Source: a virus. From it: a DNA stretch of 64,000 nt. The stretch's first letter is position 1, and each line of letters begins with the position of its first letter. The stretch covers positions 32,001-96,000 of IMG/VR virus record IMGVR_UViG_3300047564_002155; one strand, written 5' to 3'. Position numbers and translations under genes: made by a program. A model generated the notes under the pieces. It worked only from the letters and a program-made list of their open reading frames with translations. It searched no databases and was not told the DNA's origin. Positions 28,478 through 36,595 of the stretch are shown piece after piece.

Positions 28478-30337
28478 ATGGCAGACAATTCATTATTTGG
28501 AAGATTACAAAAACTATTCGCTACCCAAGTCATCGTAAGAAGAGTTGGGAAGAATCGTTTACAAGCCGTAGACTCACAAAGACTACAATCTCAAGGTAAT
28601 ATCCGTGGAACATCATACTACGATAGATTTGGTCGTTTACATACTTCTCGTAGGAATTGGGAAACCTACAACCAACAATTTAATTATCACTCAAACAAGT
28701 TAGAATTGTATACTGACTATGAGGCGATGGACAAAGATTCAATCATTACTTCTATTTTGGATATCTACTCCGATGAGTGTACCTTAAAGAACGATATGGG
28801 TGATGTGATTCGTATTAAATCTTCTGATGAGAATCTAAAAAAAATCCTTCACAACTTATTTTATGATATCTTAAATATTGAATTCAACCTTTGGGCTTGG
28901 GTTCGTGGTATGAACAAATATGGTGACTACTTTTTGTATTTAGATATTGAAGAGGGAGTTGGTATTGTAAATGTCCAACCAATTTCAGCATACGAATTTG
29001 AACGTGAAGAGGGATTTAATCCTGATAACCCTTATGAGGTTAGATTTAAATTATCCAATATGAGTTCTTCTACCAATTTCTCATATGGTAAAGATAAAAA
29101 TACATACTTCCCATTTTATCAGATTGCACACTTTAGATTAATGACCGACTCAAACTTCCTACCATATGGTCGTTCTTTGTTAGAGGGTGCTAGAAAAACT
29201 TGGAAACAATTAACTCTTATGGAAGACGCAATGATGATTCATAGAATTATGAGGGCGCCTGAAAAGAGAATCTTTAAAATTGATGTTGGTAATATCCCAC
29301 CACAAGAGGTTGACCAACATATGAGAAACATTATTGATGGAATGAAAAAAGTTCCATATATTGACCAGAACACGGGTGATTACAACCTCAAGTTCAATAT
29401 GATGAATATGTTGGAAGACTATTTCTTGCCGGTTCGTGGTGGTCAAAGTGGAACTGAAATTGATTCTTTGAGTGGTATGGAATTCGGTGGTATTGATGAT
29501 ATTGAATACCTAAAGAATAGAATGATGGCTGCTTTAAAAGTTCCTAAAGCATTCATTGGATATGAAGAGGGTGTGGAAGGTAAAGCTACCCTTGCTCAAC
29601 AAGACATCAGATTTGCAAGAACTGTGGAACGAGTTCAAAAGATTGTTCTATCAGAACTTACTAAAATTGCAATTGTTCACCTTTACTCACAAGGATACGA
29701 AAACGAAGACCTCGTTAATTTTGAGTTAGAGCTTACAAACCCATCTATTATTTACGAACAAGAGAAAATTGCTTTACTTTCTGAAAAGACAACTCTTGTA
29801 AGCAATATGAAGGATTTGAAGATGATTTCACAAGAGTGGATTTACAAAAACATCTTTAATATGTCTGATGATGAGTGGGAAAAAGAACAACAAAAAGTAA
29901 TTGATGACTTGAAGTTATCGTTCAGACACGAACAAATTACTACCGAAGGTAACGACCCAGCTAAAACGGGTGAATCGTTTGGAACACCTCACGACCTTGC
30001 TGTGATTGCACAACAACCTGCTGAAGAAGAGGGTGGTTCTCCTGAAGGTGGATTTCCTGGCGCTGGAAGACCAACTGAAAGTGGAACATACGGAACCGAC
30101 CAAGCAAATATGGGTAGAGACCCACTTGGTAAACAAACCGACATTAGTAGAGACAGTACATATCATAATTTTAGAAAAGGGCCAATGGCGGTTGAATCTC
30201 AAACGGCATTAAAATCTTCTCTGAAAAAAATGAAGGTTAAAACCAAGTCTATGATTATGGAATCCTTAAAACCAGAGTCTAAAACTGAAGAGCTGGGGTT
30301 GTTGGATGAGTCACAATTGTTAGATGATACGATTTAA
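28478..30337 (+). CDS. gp20: Portal protein (T4 gp20-like)
   Basis: 'LMEDAMMIHRIMRAPEKRIFKIDVGNIP', 'MLEDYFLPVRGG...GTEIDSL', 'ALKVP'. Confidence 0.95.
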   Translation: MADNSLFGRLQKLFATQVIVRRVGKNRLQAVDSQRLQSQGNIRGTSYYDRFGRLHTSRRNWETYNQQFNYHSNKLELYTDYEAMDKDSIITSILDIYSDECTLKNDMGDVIRIKSSDENLKKILHNLFYDILNIEFNLWAWVRGMNKYGDYFLYLDIEEGVGIVNVQPISAYEFEREEGFNPDNPYEVRFKLSNMSSSTNFSYGKDKNTYFPFYQIAHFRLMTDSNFLPYGRSLLEGARKTWKQLTLMEDAMMIHRIMRAPEKRIFKIDVGNIPPQEVDQHMRNIIDGMKKVPYIDQNTGDYNLKFNMMNMLEDYFLPVRGGQSGTEIDSLSGMEFGGIDDIEYLKNRMMAALKVPKAFIGYEEGVEGKATLAQQDIRFARTVERVQKIVLSELTKIAIVHLYSQGYENEDLVNFELELTNPSIIYEQEKIALLSEKTTLVSNMKDLKMISQEWIYKNIFNMSDDEWEKEQQKVIDDLKLSFRHEQITTEGNDPAKTGESFGTPHDLAVIAQQPAEEEGGSPEGGFPGAGRPTESGTYGTDQANMGRDPLGKQTDISRDSTYHNFRKGPMAVESQTALKSSLKKMKVKTKSMIMESLKPESKTEELGLLDESQLLDDTI

Positions 30338-30385
30338 CCTACAATACGATATTTATTTATTAGAAAGTCAAATAAAAGGTTTGAA

Positions 30386-31225
30386 ATGGGTAAGTTAAAA
30401 CACAGTAAGTTCAAAAATACGGGTATTTTATTTGAGTTGCTCGTGAGACAAATTGCTGCTGATACATTAGGTGGCAAAAACTCACTGGCGCTTGAAATAA
30501 TTAAATCCCATTTCAAAAAAGGGACTGAACTAACCAAAGAGTTAAATCTCTATCAGACGCTTCAAAAAGAAACATTTGATACTCAATATAAAGCTCAAGA
30601 ATTTGTTAATATTATTTTAGAGCAGAGAAAAGGTTTAAACGAATCTATTCTTCGTAGACAAAAATATAATCTTATCAAATCTATCAAAGAATCTTATAAG
30701 ATTGATGACTTTTTTAAGTATCGTGTAAACAATTACAAAGAATTAGCATCAACCTACAAGTTATTTGAATATAAGCAAGAAAATTCTCCAAAAGAATGGG
30801 TTGATTGTAAGAATACTATCTTTGAAAGTATTATCACCAAAAAAGAACAATTGGTAGAACAAAAAACCAACGAAGAATACACAACACAACCAAAAGAGGT
30901 TCGTTTATTGGCTTACAAATTCTTGGTTGATTCATTCAATGAAAAATATTCAAGTTTAACTTCGGAACAAAAGAATGTATTAAGAACATACATCAATAAT
31001 ATTGATAATTCAGAGAAATTAAGAAAGTATGTTATATCTGAAGTTAAAAAATTAAAGACCGCATTTGGTAAAGTAAAAGTATCTGATAAGGTTCTATCTA
31101 TTAAGTTAAACGAAACTGTTAATTTGATGGAAAGTATCGCAACATCAAAGGTAATCAGCGAAACGCAGGTTCTTTCTCTATTAAGATACCACGAATTGCT
31201 TCAAGAAGTGAGGAAACTAAAATGA
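30386..31225 (+). CDS. Head-cluster hypothetical protein
   Basis: 279-aa helical ORF directly downstream of the portal; several L-x-E sites. Confidence 0.55.
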   Translation: MGKLKHSKFKNTGILFELLVRQIAADTLGGKNSLALEIIKSHFKKGTELTKELNLYQTLQKETFDTQYKAQEFVNIILEQRKGLNESILRRQKYNLIKSIKESYKIDDFFKYRVNNYKELASTYKLFEYKQENSPKEWVDCKNTIFESIITKKEQLVEQKTNEEYTTQPKEVRLLAYKFLVDSFNEKYSSLTSEQKNVLRTYINNIDNSEKLRKYVISEVKKLKTAFGKVKVSDKVLSIKLNETVNLMESIATSKVISETQVLSLLRYHELLQEVRKLK

Positions 31226-31731
31226 GTAAATACTTGCTAAAAGAACTTGAAGACAAATTCAATCAACTTGAACTTCAACAAGAAGAAGATGAGTTGGATG
31301 AAGCAAATGTGACCGCAAACCTTGATGGTGGTGCTGGTCCCCCAAGAACCCCATATGCTTTTGCTAAAAGTGAGGATGATATGGATGATGACCACATTGA
31401 AGTATTAGGATACAAAAAATCAAAAAAATCAAATCAACATTTTGAATCACTTTCACAATTAGATTCTAAATTAGAAAGTTTGATTGAAGCAACCTATCGT
31501 GCTTATAGAAAAGATGAGTCAATGTCTGCAAAGAAAAAAGTGAATCTTGCTATCAAAGAAATCAATCGTAAGTTGTATGAGGTTGAACAATTAGTAAATC
31601 AGAATACAAAACTTAAAACCGAAATGGGATTGAGTCAAGGTCAGTATTGGGAATCTACAAAAGTAAGATTTAGTAAGATTTCCGAAAGAATGTTAAAGAT
31701 TTCTCGTAAGATTAAAGAGCTGGGGTCGTAA
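31222..31731 (+). CDS. Head-cluster hypothetical protein (probable prohead core component)
   Basis: N-terminal 'MSKYLLKE', internal LDE/LIE sites, C-terminal coiled coil. Confidence 0.55.
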   Translation: MSKYLLKELEDKFNQLELQQEEDELDEANVTANLDGGAGPPRTPYAFAKSEDDMDDDHIEVLGYKKSKKSNQHFESLSQLDSKLESLIEATYRAYRKDESMSAKKKVNLAIKEINRKLYEVEQLVNQNTKLKTEMGLSQGQYWESTKVRFSKISERMLKISRKIKELGS

Positions 31732-31732
31732 T

Positions 31733-31873
31733 ATGTCTTGCGGATGTGAAAAGAACCAAGTTAATGAAGCTTTAGAGGTGGATGACATCTCTCAAATCAG
31801 ATTGTTGATTCGTAAAGAATTAGCTAAAGTATTTCTTGACCTTTACCGCAAAAAACAAATCTGGGAAAAATAA
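31733..31873 (+). CDS. Small 46-aa ORF not in the ORF track (MSCGCEKNQVNEALEVDD...KKQIWEK)
   Basis: Fills the gap exactly: ATG just after the previous stop, TAA overlapping the protease ATG (TAATG); contains VNE. Confidence 0.65.
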   Translation: MSCGCEKNQVNEALEVDDISQIRLLIRKELAKVFLDLYRKKQIWEK

Positions 31874-32514
31874 TGAAACAATTATTAGTTGATACTACTG
31901 TATTCCAAATTACACCTCAAATCTTGAAGGAGTCGCAAGACCGCCACGGAAGATTTTTGGTTACAGGTGTATTGCAGAGAGCAAACGCTAAAAACCAAAA
32001 TGGTAGAGTATATCCAAGAAACATTCTTGAAAGAGAAGTTGAAAAATACAAGGGTAGGGAAATCAAAGAAAACCGAGCATATGGCGAACTTGACCATCCG
32101 GAATCATCGGTAATTGAATTGAAAAACACATCGCACGTTGTTCGTGATGTGTGGTGGAATGGTGATGATGTAGTTGGTGCTGTTGAAATCTTAAACACAC
32201 CTGCTGGCAAAATCTTACAAGAGTTAATCAAAGCAGAATGTACGGTTGGTATCTCATCAAGAGGTATGGGTTCCGTGAGTCAGATTAAAGAAGATGGAAC
32301 TGTTGCTGTTGAAGGTGACTTTGAGTTGATTTGTTGGGACTTTGTTTCTAACCCATCAACGCATGGAGCTTTTATGAGACCTACAAATGAAGGGGTTATC
32401 AAAGAGTCAGTTCAAAGAAAACAAACTAATTATAATAAGGTTAATACACTTATGAGAGAAATCATCTGCGAAGTGGGTGGATATTGTGAGTGTGATTTTG
32501 GAGATATAAAATGA
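31873..32514 (+). CDS. gp21: Prohead protease (T4 gp21-like)
   Basis: 'GVLQRANAKNQNGRVYP', 'GELDHP', 'GISSRGMGS', 'WDFVSNPSTHGA'. Confidence 0.95.
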   Translation: MKQLLVDTTVFQITPQILKESQDRHGRFLVTGVLQRANAKNQNGRVYPRNILEREVEKYKGREIKENRAYGELDHPESSVIELKNTSHVVRDVWWNGDDVVGAVEILNTPAGKILQELIKAECTVGISSRGMGSVSQIKEDGTVAVEGDFELICWDFVSNPSTHGAFMRPTNEGVIKESVQRKQTNYNKVNTLMREIICEVGGYCECDFGDIK

Positions 32515-33341
32515 AAATGATGTCATTACTAAAAGAAAACGCTAGTAGAACCGCAATGGAAATTGGCGGTTTGACTGGTTTAAACAAAGACGCAATCCAA
32601 AAGTTTGTTGATACTCACAATATGGATATTGAGAAGGTTTACCAATATGTTAAAAAGTCAAAGTTAACAGATAGACTTAATTTTGTAACCGCAGTTGTTG
32701 GAACTCCTGGAAATCCGGTTCAAAAGAGAATGATTAAGATGTTTGGTGAATCGGTAAACGAATCACAAGACCACGAAGTTTCAATGGCTCAAAATTCATT
32801 GGACTCTATTATCAAATACGCTACTGAATTGAAGCAAAAAATGGGTGAGATGGAAAAGGATGTTCCTGCTTGGATTCAAGACCACATCACTAATGCTGAA
32901 AACTATGTATCTCAAGCCGCTTCAAACTACCACGAATATGGTAGTGGTATGAACGAGGGTGTATTGAATGAAATGAATCGCCAGTTAAATGTAAAAGTTA
33001 ACAAGATGTTATCATACGAACTTGGTGATATGAGAAAAGGTGGAGCTAATCACTTATGGGCTATTATGCACATTTTGATGGGTGCATTAACCGATGCTAA
33101 CTTCCATTCAGATGCAAAGAAAGTTCCTGCTATCTTCGGTTCAAAAGCAAAATACGAAGGTGACCCACAAGGTGAGAAAGACCTTGAGAAAATGTACGAA
33201 TACGATTTAGGTCCGACCATTGCTGCTCTTGCAAAATGGGATGGTAAAGACATCGTAAACGCAGTTGGTTTTTATGTATCAATGAATGTTGGTAGACCAA
33301 TGGGTGAAAAAATTGAAAAACTTGTTGAAGGTAAAAAATAA
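32511..33341 (+). CDS. Putative head-internal modular protein
   Basis: N-terminal MKMMSLLKE; ESVNE and MNE/LNE linkers separate three modules, including 'DHEVSMA...VPAWIQDHIT'. Confidence 0.6.
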   Translation: MKMMSLLKENASRTAMEIGGLTGLNKDAIQKFVDTHNMDIEKVYQYVKKSKLTDRLNFVTAVVGTPGNPVQKRMIKMFGESVNESQDHEVSMAQNSLDSIIKYATELKQKMGEMEKDVPAWIQDHITNAENYVSQAASNYHEYGSGMNEGVLNEMNRQLNVKVNKMLSYELGDMRKGGANHLWAIMHILMGALTDANFHSDAKKVPAIFGSKAKYEGDPQGEKDLEKMYEYDLGPTIAALAKWDGKDIVNAVGFYVSMNVGRPMGEKIEKLVEGKK

Positions 33342-33352
33342 GGACAACTAAA

Positions 33353-34963
33353 ATGAAAAAATTATCACAACTTCTTAAAGAATCACAAGATTTAGATTAC
33401 CGCAGAATGAATGTTGGTGAAGAAGAAGGTCAGGGTATGACCAAAGAAGAAAAGCGTGCGTTCGTTGAAGCTGTTGCTGCTTACCGTCAATTAGGTGAAA
33501 TGATTTCACACAAAGGTAATTTGGCTGAAATTCACGACTCTATCAAAGGTATCGTAGAAAGTGCTAATAACATTACGTTAAAAGAAACTGGTGATTGGTT
33601 TGATAGAGTAACTGTTCAGAGACATATGAAATCTATGAACGAATCATTCAAGGTATTCTCAAGCACCTTAAAAGAGGTGTCTACTCTTCAACAAAGATTG
33701 GAATCTACTTACGATGAAATTGGTGAGGTTCTTGGTAAATACTACGAAATCAAAGAAGGTAATGAGTTTGGTGCTGAAAGAGCTAAAGCAATTGCTGGTG
33801 GTGAAGATTCATTTGAAGTTGATGGTAAGTCATACAAGGTAACTGGAGTAGACGCTGAAGACAAGAAGAACGCAGAAGAGTTTGCTAATGAATCTATGAA
33901 GTTAACATCTTTAATCAAAAGAAACGAAGAGTTAACTGGTCGTCAAAAAGAATTGGATGTTGATAGTGATGGTGACATTGAAGCTGATGACTTGGCTGAT
34001 TTAAGAGCTGGCAAAAAAGCAGATGAATCAGTAAACGAAGCGGTATCTCCGGCGGATATGGATAAAATTAAAGGGGCAGTAGAAGCAGCATCTTCATTTA
34101 TGAGTGTGGGTAGTGAGTTAAAGAAATTAGGTATGAAATATACTTTCGCTACCGAACCATTACCAATTTATATTATACAACCAACTCCAAATAACAAAGT
34201 TGCTATTGTAAATAAGAAATATGCAACCAAACCTGATTTTGTGGTTGGTGATATTGCAGTAGGTATAATGGAAGGCAAATTAAACGAAGAAGAAATTAAG
34301 TGGAATGCAGTTGAAAACGCAATCATCAACTTCTTAAAGATGAACACCAAAATTTTGGACAAGAGAGTTCAAGCTAAAGATACCGATGGTGTTAAAGGTG
34401 GATTAAAATCTATCATTAGTGGTTTGACTAATGCACAAAGAAATTTGAAGTTAGAATCAGTAAATGAAGCTAGTTATGTGAGTGGATACACTGTAAAAGC
34501 TAAAACTCCATATGAGTTTGTAAATGGCGCATACGCAGTTCTAAATGCATATTTAAGAGATGAAGAACTTGGACCAAAAGGTAAAAAAGAATTACAAGAT
34601 ATCTTAAAGTCATTAGAGTATATGAGAAAGTATTTCTTCTTTAAGTTGAGTGAATCAACCGAATCGGTAAATGAAATCACACTTGCTAGAGGTTTAAAAG
34701 ATTTAATTAAAGGAACAACCTCATCAGTTGAAGGTATTAAAGTTTCTAAAGAATTAGCAAGTGCTATTGCAGGATGGGCTACCGGTTCTACTTATGGTCA
34801 AAGATATGGTAATCAAATGTTGAAGTCTCCGTTTGCTAATGTTTGGCAGATGGTATTTAGTCCTTCATTTGGAGTTGAAGCACATTTGAAAAGATACGAC
34901 AAGGAAGCTTTAAACACTTTGAAGCCCGAACTTATGAAAATCAAGTCAAAATTGGGAATGTAA
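33353..34963 (+). CDS. Putative head-internal polyprotein (ESVNE-delimited)
   Basis: MKKLSQLLKE N-terminus; three ESVNE linkers plus KLNE/IKE; EF-hand-like 'DVDSDGDIEADDL'; shares one module with 23269..25812. Confidence 0.65.
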   Translation: MKKLSQLLKESQDLDYRRMNVGEEEGQGMTKEEKRAFVEAVAAYRQLGEMISHKGNLAEIHDSIKGIVESANNITLKETGDWFDRVTVQRHMKSMNESFKVFSSTLKEVSTLQQRLESTYDEIGEVLGKYYEIKEGNEFGAERAKAIAGGEDSFEVDGKSYKVTGVDAEDKKNAEEFANESMKLTSLIKRNEELTGRQKELDVDSDGDIEADDLADLRAGKKADESVNEAVSPADMDKIKGAVEAASSFMSVGSELKKLGMKYTFATEPLPIYIIQPTPNNKVAIVNKKYATKPDFVVGDIAVGIMEGKLNEEEIKWNAVENAIINFLKMNTKILDKRVQAKDTDGVKGGLKSIISGLTNAQRNLKLESVNEASYVSGYTVKAKTPYEFVNGAYAVLNAYLRDEELGPKGKKELQDILKSLEYMRKYFFFKLSESTESVNEITLARGLKDLIKGTTSSVEGIKVSKELASAIAGWATGSTYGQRYGNQMLKSPFANVWQMVFSPSFGVEAHLKRYDKEALNTLKPELMKIKSKLGM

Positions 34964-34964
34964 G

Positions 34965-35120
34965 ATGAACGAAATGAACATCCTACAAGACCTATCAGTT
35001 GAGTTTTCTCAAATGATTAAGAAAAACTTACCACAAATCAAAAAGTTATCCCCTTCTACTCAAAGAGAGTTGGGGAAACTTTTTTCTGATTTTAAAAATG
35101 GACTTGATGATTTAAGTTAA
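34965..35120 (+). CDS. Small 51-aa ORF not in the ORF track (MNEMNILQDLSVEFSQMIKK...GLDDLS)
   Basis: Starts just after the preceding stop and fills the gap before bS21. Confidence 0.55.
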   Translation: MNEMNILQDLSVEFSQMIKKNLPQIKKLSPSTQRELGKLFSDFKNGLDDLS

Positions 35121-35155
35121 AAAAATTGTATTTATTACAATATAAAAAACAAGTT

Positions 35156-35407
35156 ATGGAAGAAAACAAAAAATTCAAAAAAGTTAGAAAAGCCGAAATG
35201 GTTATTGTGGGAAAGCCCAACGCTGTGAAGGTAGTAAACAACAACATTGAAGCCGCTTTACGATTCTGGAAAAAGAATATGAAAGAAAGTGGTAAAATTG
35301 AATGGATTAAATCACATAGAGAATATGTGAAACCAACTACGGAAAAAAGAGAGCTACGAAATCAAGCACTCCGTAAAGAGTGGACACGACGCCAACAACA
35401 AGAATAA
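35156..35407 (+). CDS. rpsU: Phage-encoded ribosomal protein bS21
   Basis: 'VKVVNNNIEAALRFWKKNMKESGKIEWIKSHREYVKPTTEKR' matches the bS21 pattern (V...IE.ALR.FK....G......R..Y.KP...R); ATG 35156 preferred over TTG 35126. Confidence 0.85.
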   Translation: MEENKKFKKVRKAEMVIVGKPNAVKVVNNNIEAALRFWKKNMKESGKIEWIKSHREYVKPTTEKRELRNQALRKEWTRRQQQE

Positions 35408-35446
35408 TAAATGGTAAACACTTTATTGTTTCAATAAAAGTTCCCA

Positions 35447-35454
35447 TATTTATT
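35447..35454 (+). promoter_or_regulatory. Putative late promoter TATTTATT (scaffold/capsid)
   Basis: Recurrent intergenic motif. Confidence 0.5.
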
Positions 35455-35557
35455 ACTAAAAATGTAGTCCCCTAATGGACTATAACTTTATTTATAATTG
35501 TATTATTAAGGTTCACGAATAACCTTATTACCCCGAAGAATAATTTAGGAGTTTAAA

Positions 35558-36565
35558 ATGGCAAAATCAGATTTGCTCAAAGAAGCTATCGCTGACGCAA
35601 AAGCCGTAAAAGAAACTGCTTTAGCTAACGCTAAGTTGGCTTTAGAAGAAGCATTTGCTCCACGAATTCAGTCTATGTTGTCTCACAAACTCGCAGAAGA
35701 ACTTGACGATGAGGAAGTTTCTGAAGAAGAGGAAGAGATGACTGCTGAAGTACCTGCAATGGAAGAAGAGGATGAAATGTCCGCTGACGCTGAAATGGGT
35801 GCTGAAGAAGATATGACTGAAGAAGAGGATGAAATGTATTCTGAAGAAGACCAAATGGGTGCTGAAGAAGAGATGGATATGGCTGCTGACTCTGATGAAG
35901 AAGGTGAAGAATACGAACTTACCGGTGATGAAGAAGAAGACACCGAAGAGGACGACCTTGACCTTGAAGCAGTAATCAGAGAATTAGAAGACGCAATGGC
36001 TTCCGATGAAGAAGAAATGGCATTTGAAGAAGATGAAATGGAAGATGAAATGACATCTGAAGAAGATGAAATGGAAGATGAAATGACATCTGAAGAAGAT
36101 GAAGAAGAACTTGACATCAACGAAATCATCCGTACCTTGAAAGAAATGGAAGGTAATGGCGAAGAAGAGATGACCGAGGAAGAAGAAGACGCTACTGAAG
36201 GTTACAAAGAAGAATTGGAAGAAGCTTATAAGACTATTCAGTCTATGAGAAAAACCATCAACGAAGTAAACTTACTTAACGCAAAACTTCTTTACACGAA
36301 CAAGTTGTTCAGAACTTTTGATTTGAACGAGTCTCAAAAAGTTAAAGTAATTGAAAACTTTGATAGAGCTTCAAACTTGAGAGAAGTAAAATTAGTATTT
36401 GCTACATTAGGTGAAAACTTAAATGTCGCTAGAAAAAAGAAAACAGTTGTTAAAGAATCACTCGCTTCTAAACCAATGAAGTCAACTGCAGCTCCTAAAA
36501 AGATTTTATCTGAAGGTGACGCAGTAGCTGAAAGATTTAAGAAGTTAGCTGGTTTGATTAAATAA
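35558..36565 (+). CDS. Prohead core/scaffolding protein (T4 gp22-like)
   Basis: Very acidic, coiled-coil protein immediately upstream of the major capsid gene; AGGAG upstream. Confidence 0.75.
   Translation: MAKSDLLKEAIADAKAVKETALANAKLALEEAFAPRIQSMLSHKLAEELDDEEVSEEEEEMTAEVPAMEEEDEMSADAEMGAEEDMTEEEDEMYSEEDQMGAEEEMDMAADSDEEGEEYELTGDEEEDTEEDDLDLEAVIRELEDAMASDEEEMAFEEDEMEDEMTSEEDEMEDEMTSEEDEEELDINEIIRTLKEMEGNGEEEMTEEEEDATEGYKEELEEAYKTIQSMRKTINEVNLLNAKLLYTNKLFRTFDLNESQKVKVIENFDRASNLREVKLVFATLGENLNVARKKKTVVKESLASKPMKSTAAPKKILSEGDAVAERFKKLAGLIK
36026..36103 (+). repeat. 33-bp tandem repeat (EEDEMEDEMTS x2 plus partial) in scaffold gene
   Basis: gaagaagatgaaatggaagatgaaatgacatct at 36026 and 36059; partial copy at 36092. 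Confidence 0.85.
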
Positions 36566-36595
36566 TAAAAAACCAAAAAAGAAAAAAGGATTAAA

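Noticed and set aside
35642-36129. Minus-strand poly-Ser and Phe-rich ORFs
   Set aside because: Antisense shadows of the Glu/Asp-rich scaffold gene.
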